From positions 1 to 28,705 of the forward strand of contig JBBRLX010000042.1 of NCBI GenBank assembly GCA_038231135.1: a stretch of DNA of 28,705 nt. Reading direction: 5' to 3'. The notes beneath the pieces are model-generated. The model was given only the letters and a program-made list of their open reading frames with translations, was not told the DNA's origin and ran no database searches. Every line of letters starts with the position of its first letter. The first letter of the stretch is position 1. The translations under genes and the position numbers were made by a program. Below are positions 26,709 to 28,705 of this stretch, in pieces. The DNA is from Candidatus Eiseniibacteriota bacterium. Lineage in GTDB: Bacteria > Eisenbacteria > RBG-16-71-46.

Positions 26709-26804
26709 ACCAGGCATCGTGGCGCCAGAATTCATTGCCGTGTGCCGTCCGTGTGAAAGCCTGCCGAGGTCTTCCGACGCAGTCTTGGTTTCCCCTCCAC
26801 CGAT

Positions 26805-26924
26805 CAGTTTGCGGAAAACGGCCGAGTGCAAGGCGGCGAGGAGCGAGGAGCGAGACGTATCGTTAGATACGTCGCAGCGACGAGCGACGAGCCAACGCAG
26901 CAATCGGCCGTTTGCCGCAAACTG
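26805..26924. mobile_element. 120-bp MITE-like palindromic element
   Basis: 25-bp terminal inverted repeats (26805-26829 / 26900-26924, 2 mismatches) and central GACGTATC-GTTA-GATACGTC hairpin. No target duplication seen. Confidence 0.6.
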
Positions 26925-27070
26925 CAGCGGGCCCGGGCCTTTCGGCCCGAGCCCTTCCACGCACGGGGTCGGTGCGGGCTGCATTTCTCGTACAGCGTCC
27001 TGATGTTTTGCAGCCGGCCCGGGCCTTGCGGCCCGGACCGCTATCGCGCACCGGGGTCCGTGCGGCTGCG
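26923..27070 (-). repeat. Two tandem ~61-nt structured elements (three-way junction)
   Basis: Copies at 26923-26983 and 27009-27070, each with outer GCAGC/GCTGC stem, CGCAC/GTGCG hairpin with GACCCC loop (minus) and an 11-bp GNRA-capped hairpin. Confidence 0.65.
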
Positions 27071-27096
27071 TACTCTGCGCGCCAGACTGCGGCGCG

Positions 27097-28704
27097 TTAT
27101 TCCATCACCACGAACCGTCCCACCCGCACGCCTTCCGCCGCACGCAGACGGTAGAAGTAGGTGCCCGTCGACAGCCGGGTCGCACCGCTGTGCGTGTCGA
27201 GCGCGACGCCGTGATGGCCGGCCGGCACGAACGCTTCATCCACCGGCTGGCTCACCAGTCGCCCACTCACGTCGAACACCTGGACCTTGACGGCTCCCGG
27301 CTTCGTCGTGGTGAACAGCAGCTCGCCCTGCAGGCGGACCGGATTTGGCGTCATGCGGGCGCCGAACACCATCGGCTGGTCGGACGCGACCAGCGACTGG
27401 GACAGCAGGCCCGGAGCCGGCGACGTCTTGATGTAGCTGACGTCGTCGAGCAGGAACACCTCCCCCGCGACCGCCGGGGTATCGATGATCTGCATGTCGA
27501 GCGAGCTGCCGGAACCCGTCGTCGTGAAGCTCACCGTCATCTGCTGCCAGGTCGTCGACAGCGTGACGACCGGGGACAGCTTCGTGGTGCCGATCTGGGC
27601 GCCACCGCCCGCCGCGTACTCGCGGATCTTGATCTGCGCCGCGCCGTGATGAGCGACCGAGCGCACCCAGGCGGTGACCGTGTAGGCCGTACCCACCGCC
27701 GGGGTCGAGGTCACCACGTTCGGCGTGTCGTTGATGCCGGCCGCCGCCGTGCCCGTGGCAGGCAGGGCGAGCTGGGCGGCGAATCCGCCCGAATGCCCGC
27801 CCGACACCTGCGTCAGGACCGCACTGCTGTAGCCGTTCCACCCGGCGGTTCCGGACTCGAAGCCCGGGTTCGTCACCAGATTCGCGGCGGACGTCGAGTT
27901 CACCGTGATCGCGGTGGTCGCCGCCGGGCTCGACAGCGCGTTCGACGCCGTGAACGACACGTTGTAGGCCGCCGCACGCGCATCCGCCGCCTGCGGGGTC
28001 CACGTCAGCGTGCCCGAGGTCTTCGAGGCGTTCGGCGTGAACACCGCGTTGTTGCCGGCCGGCAGCCCCGTCAGGTTCGCCGTCAGCGACGTGATCGCAT
28101 CGCCGTCGGGATCCGACGCCGTGACGGTCACCGTCACGATCGCTCCCGCCGTCACCGTCGCCGTCGAAGGCGCGACCGCGACCGGAGCACGATCGACGTT
28201 GTTCACCGTGACCGCCGTCGTCGCCGAACCCGACAGGGCGTTCGACGCCGTGAACGTCACGTTGTACACCGCCGCGCGGCCGTCCGCGAACGTCGGCGTC
28301 CACGTCAGCGTGCCCGCCGTCTTGTTCGCGTTCGGCGTGAACACCGCGTTGTTGCCCGCCGGCAGGTTCGTGAGATTGGCCGTCAGCGACGTGATCGGGT
28401 CGCCGTTGGGATCCGACGCCGTCACGTTCACCGTCAGCACACCGTTCTCGCTCACCGACGCCGTCGCCGGCGCCGCGACCGCCGGCGGCGCATCCGCCGA
28501 CGTGACCGTGATCGAGGTGCTCGCCGAGCCGCTCAGCGCGTTCGTCGCCGTGAACGTCACGTTGTACGGGCCCGCGCCGACCGCCGGCTGCGGCGTCCAG
28601 GTCAGGGTGCCCGCCGTCTTGTTCGCGTTCGGCGTGAACACCGCGTTGCTGCCCGCGGGCAGGTTCACGAGATTCGCCGTCAGCGACGTGATCGCCTGGC
28701 CGTC
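27097..28704 (-). CDS. Large secreted protein, 5' truncated: tandem ~100-aa Ig-like repeats, CBM4/9-like domain, C-terminal FlgD-Ig/T9SS-like domain
   Basis: Frame open to window end. Repeats VTASDPxGDxITSLTANL...GTLTWTP...YNVTFTASN; NLVTNPGFESGTAGW...FLLDDVS; tail PNPVR...VQVFDVSGRLV...STGTYFYRL...FVVME. Confidence 0.9.
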   Translation of the reverse strand, partial: DGQAITSLTANLVNLPAGSNAVFTPNANKTAGTLTWTPQPAVGAGPYNVTFTATNALSGSASTSITVTSADAPPAVAAPATASVSENGVLTVNVTASDPNGDPITSLTANLTNLPAGNNAVFTPNANKTAGTLTWTPTFADGRAAVYNVTFTASNALSGSATTAVTVNNVDRAPVAVAPSTATVTAGAIVTVTVTASDPDGDAITSLTANLTGLPAGNNAVFTPNASKTSGTLTWTPQAADARAAAYNVSFTASNALSSPAATTAITVNSTSAANLVTNPGFESGTAGWNGYSSAVLTQVSGGHSGGFAAQLALPATGTAAAGINDTPNVVTSTPAVGTAYTVTAWVRSVAHHGAAQIKIREYAAGGGAQIGTTKLSPVVTLSTTWQQMTVSFTTTGSGSSLDMQIIDTPAVAGEVFLLDDVSYIKTSPAPGLLSQSLVASDQPMVFGARMTPNPVRLQGELLFTTTKPGAVKVQVFDVSGRLVSQPVDEAFVPAGHHGVALDTHSGATRLSTGTYFYRLRAAEGVRVGRFVVME

Positions 28705-28705
28705 G
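27895..28705 (-). repeat. Intragenic ~300-bp tandem repeats (two full, one partial)
   Basis: GCGTTCGGCGTGAACACCGCGTTG recurs near 28028, 28328 and 28625, with CCGTCAGCGACGTGATCG near 28080, 28380 and 28677. Confidence 0.9.

Noticed and set aside
26709..27096. Known riboswitch or hammerhead ribozyme in the convergent gap
   Set aside because: No downstream gene to regulate on either strand, and c-di-GMP-I or hammerhead core motifs are not found in the right arrangement.
126..28303. Numerous long overlapping R/A/P/G-rich ORFs (e.g. 137..1987, 1681..3708, 9886..11772, 18504..20939, 18968..21691, 24963..26984)
   Set aside because: Antisense or off-frame shadows of recognisable genes, expected at this GC content; no family motifs.
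27895..28705. Repeats as DGR template/variable regions
   Set aside because: They are in-frame tandem domains, differences are not adenine-specific, and no reverse transcriptase is present.

Overview
GC-rich bacterial window. The C-terminal FlgD-Ig/T9SS-like tail on the last protein suggests an FCB-group lineage such as Ca. Eisenbacteria (inference). In order along the window: the right end of an IS1202/ISNCY-like insertion sequence; a lipoprotein-like SAM-methyltransferase-fold gene, DUF985 cupin, AtuA-family and DinB-family genes; a more AT-rich gap holding two tandem copies of a candidate structured sRNA, each with its own terminator-like hairpin; a lipoprotein cupredoxin whose halves look circularly permuted; a secreted protein behind a sigma54-like promoter; a HEAT-repeat plus HD-GYP pair sharing an unnamed N-terminal domain; an ABC exporter; a divergent ArnT-like glycosyltransferase; a CHASE3-PAS kinase with receiver; an ada/alkA-ogt-photolyase cluster; an arsenic locus with intact arsR-arsM but acr3, a phosphoesterase and a deacetylase reduced to fragments; OB-fold, PD40 propeller and GNAT-like genes; a convergent gap with a MITE-like element and a tandem three-way-junction element; and the 3' part of a large Ig-repeat/CBM secreted protein. 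At least seven genes look leaderless or nearly so (-10-like hexamer 5-9 nt before the start). All calls are by-eye motif recognition; no searches were run.
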